NCBI GenBank assembly: GCA_963825865.1
Contig: CAWGVG010000033.1
Span: 66,540-130,539 of the forward strand
Reading direction: 5' to 3'
Source: an uncultured Nitrososphaeraceae archaeon
GTDB taxonomy: Archaea; Thermoproteota; Nitrososphaeria; Nitrososphaerales; Nitrososphaeraceae
DNA length: 64,000 nucleotides
The stretch's first letter is position 1. Each line of letters begins with the position of its first letter. Below, one piece after another: positions 33,314 through 46,214 of this stretch. The translations under genes were made by a program, and so were the position numbers. The notes below the pieces were generated by a model. That model was not told where the DNA came from, searched no databases, and saw nothing but the letters and a program-made list of their open reading frames with translations.

Positions 33314-34724
33314 TTATTGTGCTATTTCAATAGGTGGCGGTTTAACACCACCAACGGCGAATTTTGAAAAGTGTTCTGTTCGTAAGATATAAGCACATTC
33401 ATTATGAACATCTAACATTGCAGTATGTATCGGTTTAGCAACTTGCTCGCCAGTTGGCGTTAGGTTCACTAAATGAAAATAGTCTGACATCAGGACAGCC
33501 ATCTGCAAGCTTTGTTATATTAAGAGATTTGTTTACAAGTATGGTAATCTCTGGTGATGATACAAATAACCTCGGGTTTGAAAAGTTTACCACTTTTGCT
33601 TCTCCCACTCCACCTACATAGCCAATATTCATAAACAAAGCCACAATATCAATAGGGATTTTTGGTAATCCAAAGGCAGCAGGTATGGTATCTGAGATAC
33701 CAAAACTAAATCCGACATCGTTAGCATTCTGAGCAAATTTCATTCTAACATCTTCTACTTTAGCTAAACCAGACGCTACTTTGGAGCTATGATTAAGCAA
33801 AAGAGACATATCAGGAAATATCTTCGCGATAATTGGAGTCAGAGTAAAACTGTTGTTATCAGAATCCTGTTGCCTAATCACAAATACCGGTGAAATATAT
33901 GTTACATGAGGTGCTATATCTTTAACAGGAGCAGGGTATGTAGGTATTTTAAATGAATTATAAATTTGTGATGCTGAAGCGGTAGATGGTATTGGTGTTT
34001 TAAATGTAATTGTCTTTGTTGTTGTGTTACTAACAACAATACCAGCAAGGTGTTTTTCAGTAGATACAATAAAACCTGAAGGTAATTGATCCACTTTCTT
34101 CAGAGGTGCTGTCCCTCCTAAACTTGCACCATTAGCAATAAAAGTACAAAGTGAGCTGTCATTCAAAAACGGGGCAGTTACTGTAGCAACTCCAATGAAT
34201 GGTAAGTTTAACTGTCTATTTTCAATTACAACAGCCGGATTTGGATTTGTCTTATGAACTGTTATTCTGGTTTTTAGTAATACTGGTCCAAAACCAGCTG
34301 ATGATGTCTCATTTAATAGATACGGTGAGAATTTAACATTTTTTAATACTATAACCCCATTAGTATGATCTGAATCTATAGTTTCATTGTTGTCTTGTAT
34401 TATAAGTGAGCCTTTTAATGTAAATGGATTTGGCGTTATCCTAAACTTTGAATTTGATAGTAGTTTATCTGTATCTAAAATGACTTGCTTTACTGTTAAT
34501 GTTCCTGACTGTTGTATGGTTGATGAAGATAATTGTTGTTCGGGTTGTGGTGTAACAATACTATTATTGTCGGTTGGTAAGAAAGGGACAGCATTCTGTG
34601 CACTCACTCTTAAAGGCCATTCATACTGAAGTGATAAATAAAATATGCTAATAAGCACAGTATACGTAATAGCTAAACCGATGATGTGTTTATTTTTTAC
34701 TTGTGTACTACTATTATCAAACAT
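33314..34724 (-). pseudogene. Secreted surface protein, probably frameshifted near 33450
   Basis: N-terminal TM/signal and Ig-like strands; C-terminal TEHFSKFAVGG (PGF-pre-PGF-like) in the overlapping second ORF. Confidence 0.65.
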
Positions 34725-34957
34725 ATTGTATAGAGACCAAGGATCTTTTTTACCTTTACTAATGTTTTATTATTGTTGTATAAGGGGCAACATGAAGAAA
34801 ACCATCATCAGCGAATACATTTACCTTTTTATCATGCATTAAATAAACTAAATTATGAAAAGGCATAATACGAACAGCGGTGTTTAGAATAGGAACATCA
34901 ATAGCATACGAATTGTAAAGGGATAATTAACAGTAGAAAATTCTAAACAAGTTTGAA

Positions 34958-35788
34958 TCATAAAACAAAGGATAGCATAAGCAGATAAGTTTGTGTTTTA
35001 TCTTTTTGTAGGTTATGCATGGTTACTAGCAGGCTACACCAATCCTTTAAATATTTACTTGCCGATTGTGTGTCCTTAAATATCCGCTCTTCAGAGGAAT
35101 ATATCAAATCTTTAAAATCAGATATTGCAAGCGGAGAAGAGTTTAACGTAACAATACATGGAATATCTGCATCGTTAGCGGCTTTTACCCCAAGTGGCGC
35201 ATTCTCTACCACTATCGCATCACGAGGGTTGCCTACGTTTAGTCTTTGCAATGCTTCTTTAAATGGCGCAGGATCAGGCTTACCTTTTCCTTCAAATTGA
35301 TCACCATTTATTATTACATTAAATTTATCTTTTTCAAAGATTTGGTCAATGATCCTATCAACCTCTTGCTTTGCTGCACCACTTACAATAGCTTTTGAAC
35401 AATTTGATAATTCATTAACAATTAAGTCTCTTACACCATGAAATGGTTTTGGGATTACATTCATTTTTCGAAACAAGTCTTTTTTCCTTTCAGCTACATT
35501 TTCTGCAGTTTGAATATTCTGTTTATATGTGTTTTTGCTTACATCTGCATCATATCCTTTGAGTCTGAATATTTCTAATGTCATTTCTGCAACAGGCATC
35601 CCCTCAAGTAAATAAAATGTCCTTTTATCCAAATCAATATTAGTTAATTCTTTAAGTGCCTTCCTCATAGCTTCATAATGAAATGGCATTGCATCTACCA
35701 GCACACCATCCATGTCAAAGATTATGGCCTTCATGTATGTAAAACAATAATAATGACAATAATAATTAATTCTAACATTTGGGGTCAT
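34958..35788 (-). CDS. HAD-family phosphatase (beta-phosphoglucomutase-like); true start probably MKAIIFD
   Basis: IFDMDGVLVD, KGKPDP, VVENAPLG. Confidence 0.9.
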   Translation of the reverse strand: MTPNVRINYYCHYYCFTYMKAIIFDMDGVLVDAMPFHYEAMRKALKELTNIDLDKRTFYLLEGMPVAEMTLEIFRLKGYDADVSKNTYKQNIQTAENVAERKKDLFRKMNVIPKPFHGVRDLIVNELSNCSKAIVSGAAKQEVDRIIDQIFEKDKFNVIINGDQFEGKGKPDPAPFKEALQRLNVGNPRDAIVVENAPLGVKAANDADIPCIVTLNSSPLAISDFKDLIYSSEERIFKDTQSASKYLKDWCSLLVTMHNLQKDKTQTYLLMLSFVL

Positions 35789-36027
35789 AATTAAAATAGT
35801 TATACTTTTAACAAACTTTCACTTGACTCATTTCCAAAGTAATGATAATACACTTTATTCAGCCAAATTTTCCAACTATTCAAAAAAACCTTTGTGTCTT
35901 AGCCATTCACTTAACCATTCAAAAGACTTTGCTTCTTCTAACCATCTATCAAGCCATCCTAAATGCCTATCTTTCCAAAAAAGTAATTCATAATTCCCAT
36001 ACATTTATCAAAGAGAAAAGAATAGTA

Positions 36028-37074
36028 GATCTCTTGCGTAATTAGTAGATTATAGTCTAACACCCTACTTGTTTTAGCCGTCTTCTTAGATTGAAATGCT
36101 GTCAGACTGTATAACTCTGAAGTTCAGGAGACCGGATATTATATCAGATACGTTATTATACTTCCTTAATCTGTTTCTAAATTTAGTACCCATTATTCCA
36201 AACTTTTTGATCTTACATATGGTATGTTCTACTATGATCCTTAGCCTAGAATGATTCTTGTTGTAAGTTCTTTCATCACATGAAAGCAATGTGACCCTTT
36301 TTCTTTTTGATACGAAGTACAGACTTTACAGTGGGAAAGTCCTTTTCAATGCCAAGATAACCAAGATCAAACTATGTTTTCAACTTGTGATGGAGTTATA
36401 GAATGATTGTGTTTGTAAATGTCATAATCATGTTTTCTTCCACTTCTGTGACCTGTCTTATGCAGTATCAATCCTTCATGTTTTACCATCAATTGTGTCT
36501 TGACAGTATGTTTCTTCTTTCTACCTGAATAGTAACTCTTCCTTCTTCTTTTGTTCTTAGGTCTTGGAATTTCTTGTTCTGTAGAGTCTATGAAAGCCTT
36601 GAATCCAGGAAAGTACTCTTCTACTTCATCTATAGTTCTTAATCTCCTAGTACGTTTGTATATCTTCTTTGGCAATGGAATACACTCCTTGATAAGTGGT
36701 TCCATCATTGATATATCTCTACAAACATTGCTTTGATCAAGGTCAAACAGAAATCCTGATAATGTATATGTAATGTATAATCTGTAGTATACTAGAAGCA
36801 TAACGAATCTTTCTTTAACTTTAAGCTTAAATGGTCTACCAGCACCTATATCCCGTATTCTCGTCCTTGATAGAAGACGTCTTTTTTCGTGCTCTTCGTA
36901 GTTATGTTCAATTTCGTTACAAATGGATTCAAATTCAGATACAGTTACTCCGGTAAATGACCTGAATATCAAAGGTTTCTTACATAATTTGCTATAGGAC
37001 ATCAAAGAGTTTGTCAGATAGATATCCTATGTGAAGAGGAATATAGCTCTAAGCTTCTAATTACACAAGAGATT
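36028..37074 (-). mobile_element. IS5-family (ISL2-like, DDE_Tnp_4-type) insertion sequence, 1047 bp, frameshifted transposase
   Basis: Left end GATCTCTTGCGTAATTAG; reverse complement of right end AATCTCTTGTGTAATTAG; TA on both flanks; transposase FIDSTEQ...RIIVEHTI in 36086-37005. Confidence 0.85.
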
Positions 37075-37185
37075 TAGTGTTCAAAATCTATAATGGATTC
37101 ATCATTCTGCTTTAGACGCAAATTAAGACCAAGAAGTATGAAAATTATTCTTTCCATAGCACATCTATTACAAACGGGTGGGGGA

Positions 37186-37824
37186 TTATATTGTGTAGGA
37201 AACTCTGAAATATTCGCCGTTCCATCCACATGTAGTTATTAATGTCGAATTTAATGCATGGGCATATGCTTTGATAAAGTCTTGTGATATATTTGACATT
37301 CTATCATTATCAGCAACATCTATTTCAATGATTCTAGGGTTAACAATGCTATTAGACAATCCTGGTTGAGATAAAATGATAGATTTTACTTTTGCAGTCA
37401 CATTTTCTAAAGAATTAATAATTTCTTGATTTTTAAATCTGTATACACGATAGCCTGATTTTTCTGAGGCTCGTTGTCTTATCCTATCATTTTTTTGAAT
37501 TTGTGGTTCGTCATGAATTGAACCGTCAACTTCAATAATAATAAATTCATTGTTAAGAAGTATATCAGGTGTATAGAAATTGCAACTTGTATACCAAATT
37601 TCAGGCTCTAATGTAATATCGATACCCGTTGAATAAAGTGCTTTCGCTAGTTGTATTGTATATTTTGTAGGTTCAGACCTCTTTATCTTGGAATTGTTAT
37701 ATTGTCTGTCATAACTGATATCATAGTATCGATTATAGCTGGCACATTTTCTACAATGCCTTTGATAGGGTAAGATTTTGTTACCACATTTTTCACATAC
37801 TATCTGATGGTATCGTTCTATCAC
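37186..37824 (-). CDS. Zinc ribbon plus DUF559/Vsr-like endonuclease domain protein, likely 3'-disrupted
   Basis: CEKCG...CRKC; PDILL...IIEVDGSIH...DRIR...GYRVYRFKN. Confidence 0.8.
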   Translation of the reverse strand: MIERYHQIVCEKCGNKILPYQRHCRKCASYNRYYDISYDRQYNNSKIKRSEPTKYTIQLAKALYSTGIDITLEPEIWYTSCNFYTPDILLNNEFIIIEVDGSIHDEPQIQKNDRIRQRASEKSGYRVYRFKNQEIINSLENVTAKVKSIILSQPGLSNSIVNPRIIEIDVADNDRMSNISQDFIKAYAHALNSTLITTCGWNGEYFRVSYTI

Positions 37825-38168
37825 TGATTTATTCTATAATATTACAATTAAAGTAAAATATGTTTCAACATATCGAGAAACGATAGTCGACAGAATCACA
37901 TCTGGACATTTCTATAACATAATCTGCTGCAAGCATTGATGCTTCTGAACCATCTGCTGCACCGGCGCTTCTTTCCCTCTCTCTTATCATTCCTTCAGAC
38001 ATAGTAGTAGTCGAGGTGTACCAACTACAGTAGAAGCTCATTCTTTTGAGGAGTTCTTTACAGCAGGCTATTATGTTATTACAGTAGCTATCTTTTATAA
38101 AATAGTCTGTTCAATTCTCTTCGTGTTGGTACGCATTTTTATATAGTAATAAAAAATATCTCTATTGT

Positions 38169-39095
38169 GTGCAGTTATGTCTAGAAGTTTGGGGTACTGA
38201 TTATAACAAAATTAAAGACACATGTATACTTGCTGAAAAATTAGGATATTATGGATTTTATTATGGCGAATCATTAGCAGAGGTTGATCTTGATTGCTGG
38301 ACTGTAATATCAGCATTGATCTCTCAGACTAGCAGAATAAAAAGCTAGGTCCAGTAATAACATATGTGCTGCCTCAGTATAGAAGCATTGCATTATTAGC
38401 AAAGCAAGTAATAACTTTTCAAGAAGTATCTGGCGGTAGGCTAGAATTTAGAGCAGGAGCTGGAGCAACACTCCAATATGCAACTCAATGGTGGTATCCA
38501 TACGGAATAGAATATCCAAAAGAATCACAAAGGGTTTCAATATTGGATGAAGGTTTACAGCTTCTCCAAATGTTATGGAATAGTAGTCGCAAATCCTCGG
38601 TATATTTTAACGGGAAATATTTTAAAATAAATGGAGTGACTATGAAAAAGGCATCCAATAGCATTCCCATTACAGTAGCTGCCAAAGAAAAAAAGGATGA
38701 TGAAGATTGCTGTAAAGCATGCAGATGTATGGGAGTCATCTTATATTACACCATCACAATTTTCTTTTTTAAATGCTGAATTTGAAAATATTTTGAAAGG
38801 AATGAATAGAGATATTAACGACAAGAGCAGGAAAGACATTACAAAATCAATTGAATTGGATGTTATAATAGCAGAATCAGATTCAGAGTTGGAATATAAG
38901 AAGAGAATATTTGCAATGGAAAGAGGTCCAGGGGTATATACTCAGATTCTTAGACATGGTTTAGTAGGAAGACCAGATACGATCGCGCAAAGGATTAATG
39001 AATATACAGATGCTGGTATTGGCCAATTCTTTCTTGCGTTTCAAGATCCTTTTGATTCCAATGCTTTAAAACTGTTTATTAATGCAGTAAAGTAA
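38169..39095 (+). pseudogene. LLM-class (probably F420-dependent) oxidoreductase, two frameshifts
   Basis: AEKLGYYGFYYGES...DCWTVIS; LLAKQVITFQEVSGGRLEF; KIAVKHADVW...GRPDTIAQRINEYTDAG in three frames. Confidence 0.8.
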
Positions 39096-39529
39096 CAACG
39101 ATAAGTTCTTTCTACAGGTTAAATGACAAAAAATAGAAAGTAATTTAGTAACCACGAGACGAATTTTAATTTTCAAGTATGTTGTTATTAGATAAAGGAA
39201 ATTTATAACAGAAACTCGGAGATAATAGGATAAGTATAATCAAATATCATCTGTGTATGTGAGTCGAATACTTCAATGTGCAACCGTATAGGTTATCCTG
39301 AAAATTATGTAGTTACGACTTACAGAAATCAAAGCTTGCTAGTGTATTGCTATTAGCCTATTAACCTATATGTTATTGATGATATTCAGCTTTTTTCAAA
39401 AAGCAACCGCTTTTTTCTCGACTCTCTTATCTGCAATTCAATTTGTTTTATTGTTTGGGATTGTATGCCTATTAGAGTTCGTATTTGTTTTTGTAAAGAG
39501 TCAAGCATAAGCTTTATACCCTTATTTTA

Positions 39530-39982
39530 TCATATTTCCTTTGCTGTTGTTGAAATCCCATTTTCCTGGTTTGGAAAGGTTGTTTGTGTTGTTGTTTGTT
39601 TTTGATCTTCTGTTTTTCTCTTCTTGAGCCTGAACCACTCTCTAATATCTACATAGTCATCCTTAACAAGTCCAACTCCCATACCTGCCAGAATTGCTCC
39701 TGTTGCGGTTGGAATCGAAGTTCCTCTTAACAACAAAGACGCTAATGCCAACAATGCGCCTATTTCTCCGTGATGTATTCTTCTAATGAGGACATATACC
39801 TTTGGAGGTGGATTATACCTCGAATTCCAGTATGATGTTAAAATTTCAGCTGCTGTAATACCTAACAATACTCCTCCTCTAACACCTAAACTGCATAAAA
39901 GGCCACATAGAATCATTTTCTTATATCTGATAATGGGAGGAGGGCTATAATAAGTGTGATATATTTTATCTTGGGTTTTCAA
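39530..39982 (-). CDS. Hypothetical membrane protein
   Basis: RIHHGEIG motif between TM helices. Confidence 0.65.
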   Translation of the reverse strand: MKTQDKIYHTYYSPPPIIRYKKMILCGLLCSLGVRGGVLLGITAAEILTSYWNSRYNPPPKVYVLIRRIHHGEIGALLALASLLLRGTSIPTATGAILAGMGVGLVKDDYVDIREWFRLKKRKTEDQKQTTTQTTFPNQENGISTTAKEI

Positions 39983-40460
39983 TGCTGATGAGTTGTGAAC
40001 ATATCAGTCATAGTTATCATAGTTGTAGCAGTTTCTCCCACATTCGTACCAATTAATTGAATCTATGCAAATATGGATTTAAATCTATTAATCCGCTTTT
40101 ACACTGTTGTCATTTCATAGGCAGTAGTAATAGTAAGACTTTTTCCGGATCTTTCTCATGCTAAGGTCAAACGATGTTATCTGATCTAAATAGACATTGG
40201 TCCAGAGTCTAAGTTATTATTTATGGGTTCAAAGTTTTTTTATCTTGATCGTAAAGTCTTTCATTATAACCATTATCCGCTATGTCTAATATATTACATG
40301 ACATTATTCTTCTTGATTAAAGATTACATAAGCTTCTATTAATTATAAAATCATGGATATATTGTTATCCTACATGGTAATGATCTCTATCAAAATGGAT
40401 AAGTTCCTGCATACGACTTCATAAATATTCATCGTCTGAAATATCTATACCTTATACTTT

Positions 40461-40889
40461 ATGTTAGATTCAAAGATAATGGGCATATCATTCAAGAAAC
40501 CATCTTCAACACCAATTCATAGGACTGTATTAGTGCTTGATGACGAGTTGGAGATTGTCGCACTAATCAAACATCTACTACAAAGATATAGATACCGCAC
40601 ATTTGGTTTTACAAATCCTCTGCTGGCGCTTGAGCATTTCATGCTTAATTCTCAAAATTATTCCCTAATTATTTGCGATGTAAGGATGCCTGCAATGAAT
40701 GGATTTGAATTTGTAAAGAAGGTGAGAGAAATAGTTCCATCAGTTAAGGTAATACTCATGTCGGCATTTGACATCAATGACCCGGTCTATACGCGTTTAT
40801 CATCTTCTCTGAAAATTGATGGGTTTATTCAAAAGCCATTTTCTCTAAAGCAAGTGATACCTACTATTATGAAGCAACTTGACAAATGA
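40461..40889 (+). CDS. Stand-alone response regulator receiver
   Basis: VLDDE, CDVRMPAMNG, MSA, QKPF. Confidence 0.92.
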   Translation: MLDSKIMGISFKKPSSTPIHRTVLVLDDELEIVALIKHLLQRYRYRTFGFTNPLLALEHFMLNSQNYSLIICDVRMPAMNGFEFVKKVREIVPSVKVILMSAFDINDPVYTRLSSSLKIDGFIQKPFSLKQVIPTIMKQLDK

Positions 40890-41463
40890 GAAAGATCACT
40901 TTATGAAAATAAAAAAAGATTTTCTATTGTTGTTGCATACCCCATTTTTTTCAATAGCAACAATAAAACAGTACAATAAAATGCAATGCAGTTTAGGAGC
41001 CATTGTACAACAAAGACATGTCTTAAAACCGTCAATCCTTTTCATATCTTATCGTGCAATCCTGCGGTGAATTCAGTTTCTCTTTGTACTTTTCTTCCTG
41101 TTCATATATGTTTTCTAATTCAAAGTATTCTGAAGAAGGATATGTTGCAGCAGATTCAAGTTTGTTTCTGTGTTCCTTATCACTATAAAATTTTTCAAGG
41201 TTTTCAAAATCTTGCAATAGCTTCTTTAGCATATACTTTGGATCTGATGATCATCCTCATTTGACTTTACTTGCTTTCTCTAGCATTTTTGTTATACGTA
41301 TTCATTGATTTTGGTAACAGAGAAGCAATGTTCTTCAAACTTGAAATCATTTTTATGCACACCTTCATTCAAATTATGCATTATTTTCTTTGCGAATGAT
41401 AGCTTTATGCATTACAGTATACTGCCTTATAGTTTATTAGAAGGATGACATTTTTTAGTATAT

Positions 41464-41679
41464 TTGATGACGCGTATTGCAAAAGTAGTAGAGATAGTCG
41501 GCAGTTCTGATAAAGGTTGGCAAGACGCAGCACAAGCTGCATTAGATGAAGCTAAGAAGACAATACATGGAATAACTGGAGTAGAAGTAGGAGACATGAC
41601 TGCAAAGGTAGATCCAAATAGCGGAAATATTACCGAATATCATACAGCTGTCAAAATAGCATTTGGTGTAGACCGTTAA
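41464..41679 (+). CDS. Dodecin family protein
   Basis: KVVEIVGSSDKGWQDAAQAAL...EYHTAVKIAF. Confidence 0.9.
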   Translation: MMTRIAKVVEIVGSSDKGWQDAAQAALDEAKKTIHGITGVEVGDMTAKVDPNSGNITEYHTAVKIAFGVDR

Positions 41680-42046
41680 TTATTACTCTACTGCCTACTG
41701 CTAATATTGTTATTATTATTTTGTTATAGTTGGCGGTATTTATAAAAATAGTCGGAATTTAAGTAAGTGACCTGAAACAACTCACAGAAGTCACGCCATT
41801 TACTGGACAGAGCATCCAGAAGAGCACTTTTTACTAAAAGAATAGAGATCGGAAGAAATATACTTTGACATAAGATACTTCCTAATATGTTATTTCATAG
41901 TTGTGTGAATCTCCTTACACTTAATCTTATATGAACAGATATAAAGTCGGGCTTGTGTATAGGACCTGCATCCTAGGTTTTATATGGTATATAACACCAT
42001 TAAAAGCCATTAGTTTATATGTCTGTTTCCAATCTGTACTTATAAC

Positions 42047-42646
42047 ATGTCTACCAAAAAAGAACAACGAAAAGATGAAGAAACAATTACAGTAACATCA
42101 TCAACAACAGCAAGTACCACTACAGCATCGCAGGTGCATCAAGAACAACAACAATCTGTCGATAGAGCATTAGATGAGACCAAGAACAACATTAGAAGAG
42201 CAACAGATGAAGCGAGGAGAGATATTCCACGTTATACTCAAGCAGTTAATGAATATCATGAACAAACTATTCAGACAGCTCGAGAAATAGCAGATAACTT
42301 TCTAGACTCACAAAAAGAGATCATCAATTCATTTCGATCATCATGCCTACCTCAGATAGAGGCAGCAAACAAAGTATTTACATCAAGCTGGATTGTATCT
42401 CCAAGACATTTGGCTGACAACTATGCAAGGATAGTTAGCAGTTTTGCAGATAATACAATAGCAGCGACTAGGCTAGTAAACAACACTATATTTGCAAATC
42501 TAGAAGCATTCAAGACATCTGTTCAAAATGCAAGAGATAATGCAAAGGAATTTTCCAGAATAGGTGTTAATGCAGCGAAAGGGTTTGAGCAAGCATCTAG
42601 AGATAGTCACTACACGTTTCTCTTGCTAAAGATAGAAGTAAAATAA
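42047..42646 (+). CDS. Helical hypothetical protein (phasin-like composition)
   Basis: Amphipathic A/Q/N-rich helices. Confidence 0.75.
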   Translation: MSTKKEQRKDEETITVTSSTTASTTTASQVHQEQQQSVDRALDETKNNIRRATDEARRDIPRYTQAVNEYHEQTIQTAREIADNFLDSQKEIINSFRSSCLPQIEAANKVFTSSWIVSPRHLADNYARIVSSFADNTIAATRLVNNTIFANLEAFKTSVQNARDNAKEFSRIGVNAAKGFEQASRDSHYTFLLLKIEVK

Positions 42647-43108
42647 TAATAATACTCCAGCAAGCAAAAAAAGATAGACACCCTTCTGCTAATCAAACGA
42701 ATGCAGCAAAGCACCAGAAATATCTTTTTTATTTTCTTTGAATCCTAGTCCATTTCTGCTATTGTTCTCGATACACGCATAGTACCATTATCGTTAGCTA
42801 TATTCATTTCACCTAGTTATTTCTAACAAGTGCTGATTAGATTTTGCATGTATCGAATAATAACGGATACAGCTCCAAACCCCATATTACTATATTTTTT
42901 ATAAATGTGTATAAGAATTATTGATACTGACCTACTCATGTCAATTTGTATCTGAAATTTATTAATTTATTGTCTCTGTCAACTATAAACAAAGTAAATG
43001 TTTTGGTTAATCATGGATATTTCCTACCCTGGGGATAAGTAATTCCTCTGTAAATGTACTTTAGGTCCAATATGTTAGTGTTCAGCCAACTTTTATCAAA
43101 CTTAAAAT

Positions 43109-43161
43109 CAAATACTGTAATTGTTATGTAGAAGACAAATACTGTAATTGTTATGTAGAAG
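43109..43161. repeat. Tandem 26-bp duplication covering the FMN reductase stop codon
   Basis: CAAATACTGTAATTGTTATGTAGAAG at 43109 and 43136. Confidence 0.85.
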
Positions 43162-43561
43162 GCTCCACTTTCAATCTCTTAGTCCAGTTAACAAGATTCT
43201 GAAGCAGTTGTCCCAAGAATTTTCTTGTGTCCTGATCAACTAGATTGCCATTTACATCAAATTTTTGTTGTGCAAAATTGACTACAACATCTGGCCCGTT
43301 GACTGGATGCATATTCAGGTAAACAAACGACTGGCGAAGATGATACTGAGCTCTCACGCCACCCCGCATTCCAGGAGATGCGCTCATGATAGCAACAGGT
43401 TTGCCATCAAACGAATTATCACCATATGGCCTTGAAGCCCAATCAATGGCATTCTTTAGAACTCCTGGAACGGAATAGTTGTACTCGGGAGTTGCAATCA
43501 AAATAGCATCTCCTTCCCTTATTTTTGATTTAAATTCTTTTACTTTTTGTGGCATATCCAT
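43151..43561 (-). pseudogene. NADPH-dependent FMN reductase, 5'-truncated
   Basis: ATPEYNYSVPGVLKNAIDWASRP present; the N-terminal GSLR FMN-binding loop is absent. Confidence 0.8.
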
Positions 43562-43680
43562 TTCAATGTCAGGTTACTAGCGTTTCTCCATCAACTATGT
43601 CTACAGTGGCGGTTGCTATTGATGATGATTTAATATCTTTAGAATAATAATTATCACCGCTATTATTACCCATTATCATA

Positions 43681-44445
43681 TTAGCAATTGATTTGGTGAT
43701 GATCTGTTGCCTTCTCTTTCTCCTCTTCTTCAGGATAAACTAAATCAGATTTTGTTGTTGTAGTATCATGTTGATATTCTTCCTTAATCTCCTGATGGTT
43801 TTCTTCAGGATATGCCTGATCATTTATCTTATGAATAGGCTCTCCTGTTGGTAACGGTGCATTCCTATCTAGCTTGTGTTTACTTGCTAGTTCTGGAAAC
43901 TCCATATTCAGAATGACATTTCTTCCAACTTCTTTTATCTTTGATTTTGGAACATCAAATCTGTAGTTATAATCACCAAATATTACTATCTTGTCATCAG
44001 TTTCTTTCATTACATGGCCCACATGATCCTCATTTCATACTCTTACTCCTTTGTTAAATAATGACTTTGGGTATTTTCTTTCATAGGTTGCCAAATCTAT
44101 ATTTTCTCCCTGGTTCCAATATTCAAATGGCACAGTTGTAGGCAATGGTTCTTGACGATTTACTTTATACTTTTTTGCAATCTCGTATAAATTAAGACCT
44201 ATTAGCACATTTCTACCGGTTGTTTGAATTTCAGACTTTGGGATATCGTACCTATCATTTCCTTCACCGAATACAACTATCTTGTCATAAGTTTCTCTTA
44301 CTACGTGTCCAAGATACGGAGAGTCTAATGCCATTACTCCTCTATTAAAATACTTGCCCGTAGTCATGATTGTTATTATATATAGGATAAGATATAAGAA
44401 ATTTCCTAACAAGAAGAGCAATTTATATCCGAAACATTCCTGCAT
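43681..44445 (-). pseudogene. Hypothetical protein with a duplicated small beta domain, split into two ORFs
   Basis: GHVVRETYDKIVVFG...RYDIPKS...GRNV repeated as GHVMKETDDKIVIFG...RFDVPKS...GRNV. Confidence 0.7.
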
Positions 44446-45640
44446 TCTTTTTTTTGTTTTCTTCCTTTTTTACTATGCCTGTCTAGCTGAGTGCTTCTTT
44501 ACTCCTTGCGTGATAAATCTGAATCAGATTCTGTACTACTAATTACCTCGATGAGTTTGGACATACTTGTATCGATTAAACTATAGAACAATTTAAAAAA
44601 ATTTTGAATAACAACCCAAGGATTTTGTTGTAAGCATCCATCAATCCCAAACAGCAATTACTTATACGAATGGAACTAATTTACCTCCGATCTTGTAATT
44701 GGTTATGTCATTTACGAACATTTGGCGGTGACGATGATGCCACGTTATAAACCTGTATGCTGCTATTGTTTTGATCTACCACGTAGACCTTGCCACTAGA
44801 GTCTACCGCAACGCCAGTCGGAGCACTTACAGGCTACTTGGTAATGAAGTTTCCATTGCTGACAGTGATGCGCGATGTGAGAAATGAGCACGTAATCTGA
44901 TGACTACTAATTCAAAGAAAGCAACAACGACAACGGCTGCCATCTACAGCATAGTGGCCGCTGTAGATGTACTTGTGATTGGAGGTATCTTAATCCTGCG
45001 AGCATTTCTTATTGGTATCATGGCTATCGCATGTACAGGTCAAGTCATATTAGATATGAAACGTCATCCTGATCATCGTTTTTCAAAGTTTTAGTTACTG
45101 ACTATTTGTGTTTCGGCTACACAAACAAAAGAGCTATTTTAGCGATTGAGGACTGCTTTTGAAAATCTTACTCGTGTAGCAAAAACAAATTCACACAAAA
45201 ATGAGGCCTGTTCTTTGTGGACGCTGGTCACTATCCCGATGATATCCCAAATCTTTAAGTATATTTCAATAATCCTACGAAGAACTAATAATTGTGGATA
45301 GAAGTGACCTTCTTGAGGGAACTTAACTACTAAACGACTTCCTTCATAATATTCTAATCCCTTCACTGGTAAAATGTGAGAGCTGTGATTTTGAATTTCC
45401 TTCTCATGGTGTATCATTTGATGACAGACAATCATTTGAAATGGGCTAAGTCACTAACAACGTCATCGAAGAAATTTGTCTCCAATGTAACAAGACGATG
45501 GTTAGACGTGATAAGTAAGTCAGTCAGGGTATTTTGGAGAGATTGACATTTCTGAATATCAATCATCATCTAAGTTAACTAACCCATTCAGCTGCATCTT
45601 TAAATCCTAAGACTGGATCATAAGGATATGAGACGTAAAC

Positions 45641-46214
45641 ATGGGTAGAGGAAAATCAGAAAACTTAAAACTTACTATGCCTGTAAGTGAATCGAGGGAT
45701 CATATTCAAGGACCTTCAACTGCTCCTGTAACATTATTAGAGTATGGTGATTATGAATGTCCATATTGTGCCCAGGCCTATATTATCATAAAAGAAGCCC
45801 AAGAACGTTTAGGAAGTAAGTTACGTTTTGTATTCCGCAACTTCCCTGTTACCAAAGTTCGCCCGCACGCATATGAAACTGCATTAGCTGCGGAAACTGC
45901 TGCCTGCTCAAGGTAAGTTCTGGGAGATGTATGATTATCTGTTCAAACATGGTCAATGGGTTACTGATGATAATTTAAGACAGTCTGCTGCTAAGCTAGG
46001 ACTAGGCCTTGCTAGATTCGATCGTGATTTTCTTGACCGTAGGTATAGTAGTCATATAGAGGAGGATATACAAAGTGCCAAGAGCAGTGGGATCAAAAGC
46101 ACTCCTGCTTTCTTTATAAATGGAGATCGTTATGATGGTGCCTGGGATCTGGATAGCCTCCTTGGTGCACTTGACGAAGAAAGTGTATTCAGTTGGAGAC
46201 AAACAAACAAATAG
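45641..46214 (+). pseudogene. DsbA-family thiol-disulfide oxidoreductase, frameshifted near 45905
   Basis: EYGDYECPYC and FRNFP; cis-Pro TPAFFING in the second frame. Confidence 0.85.
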
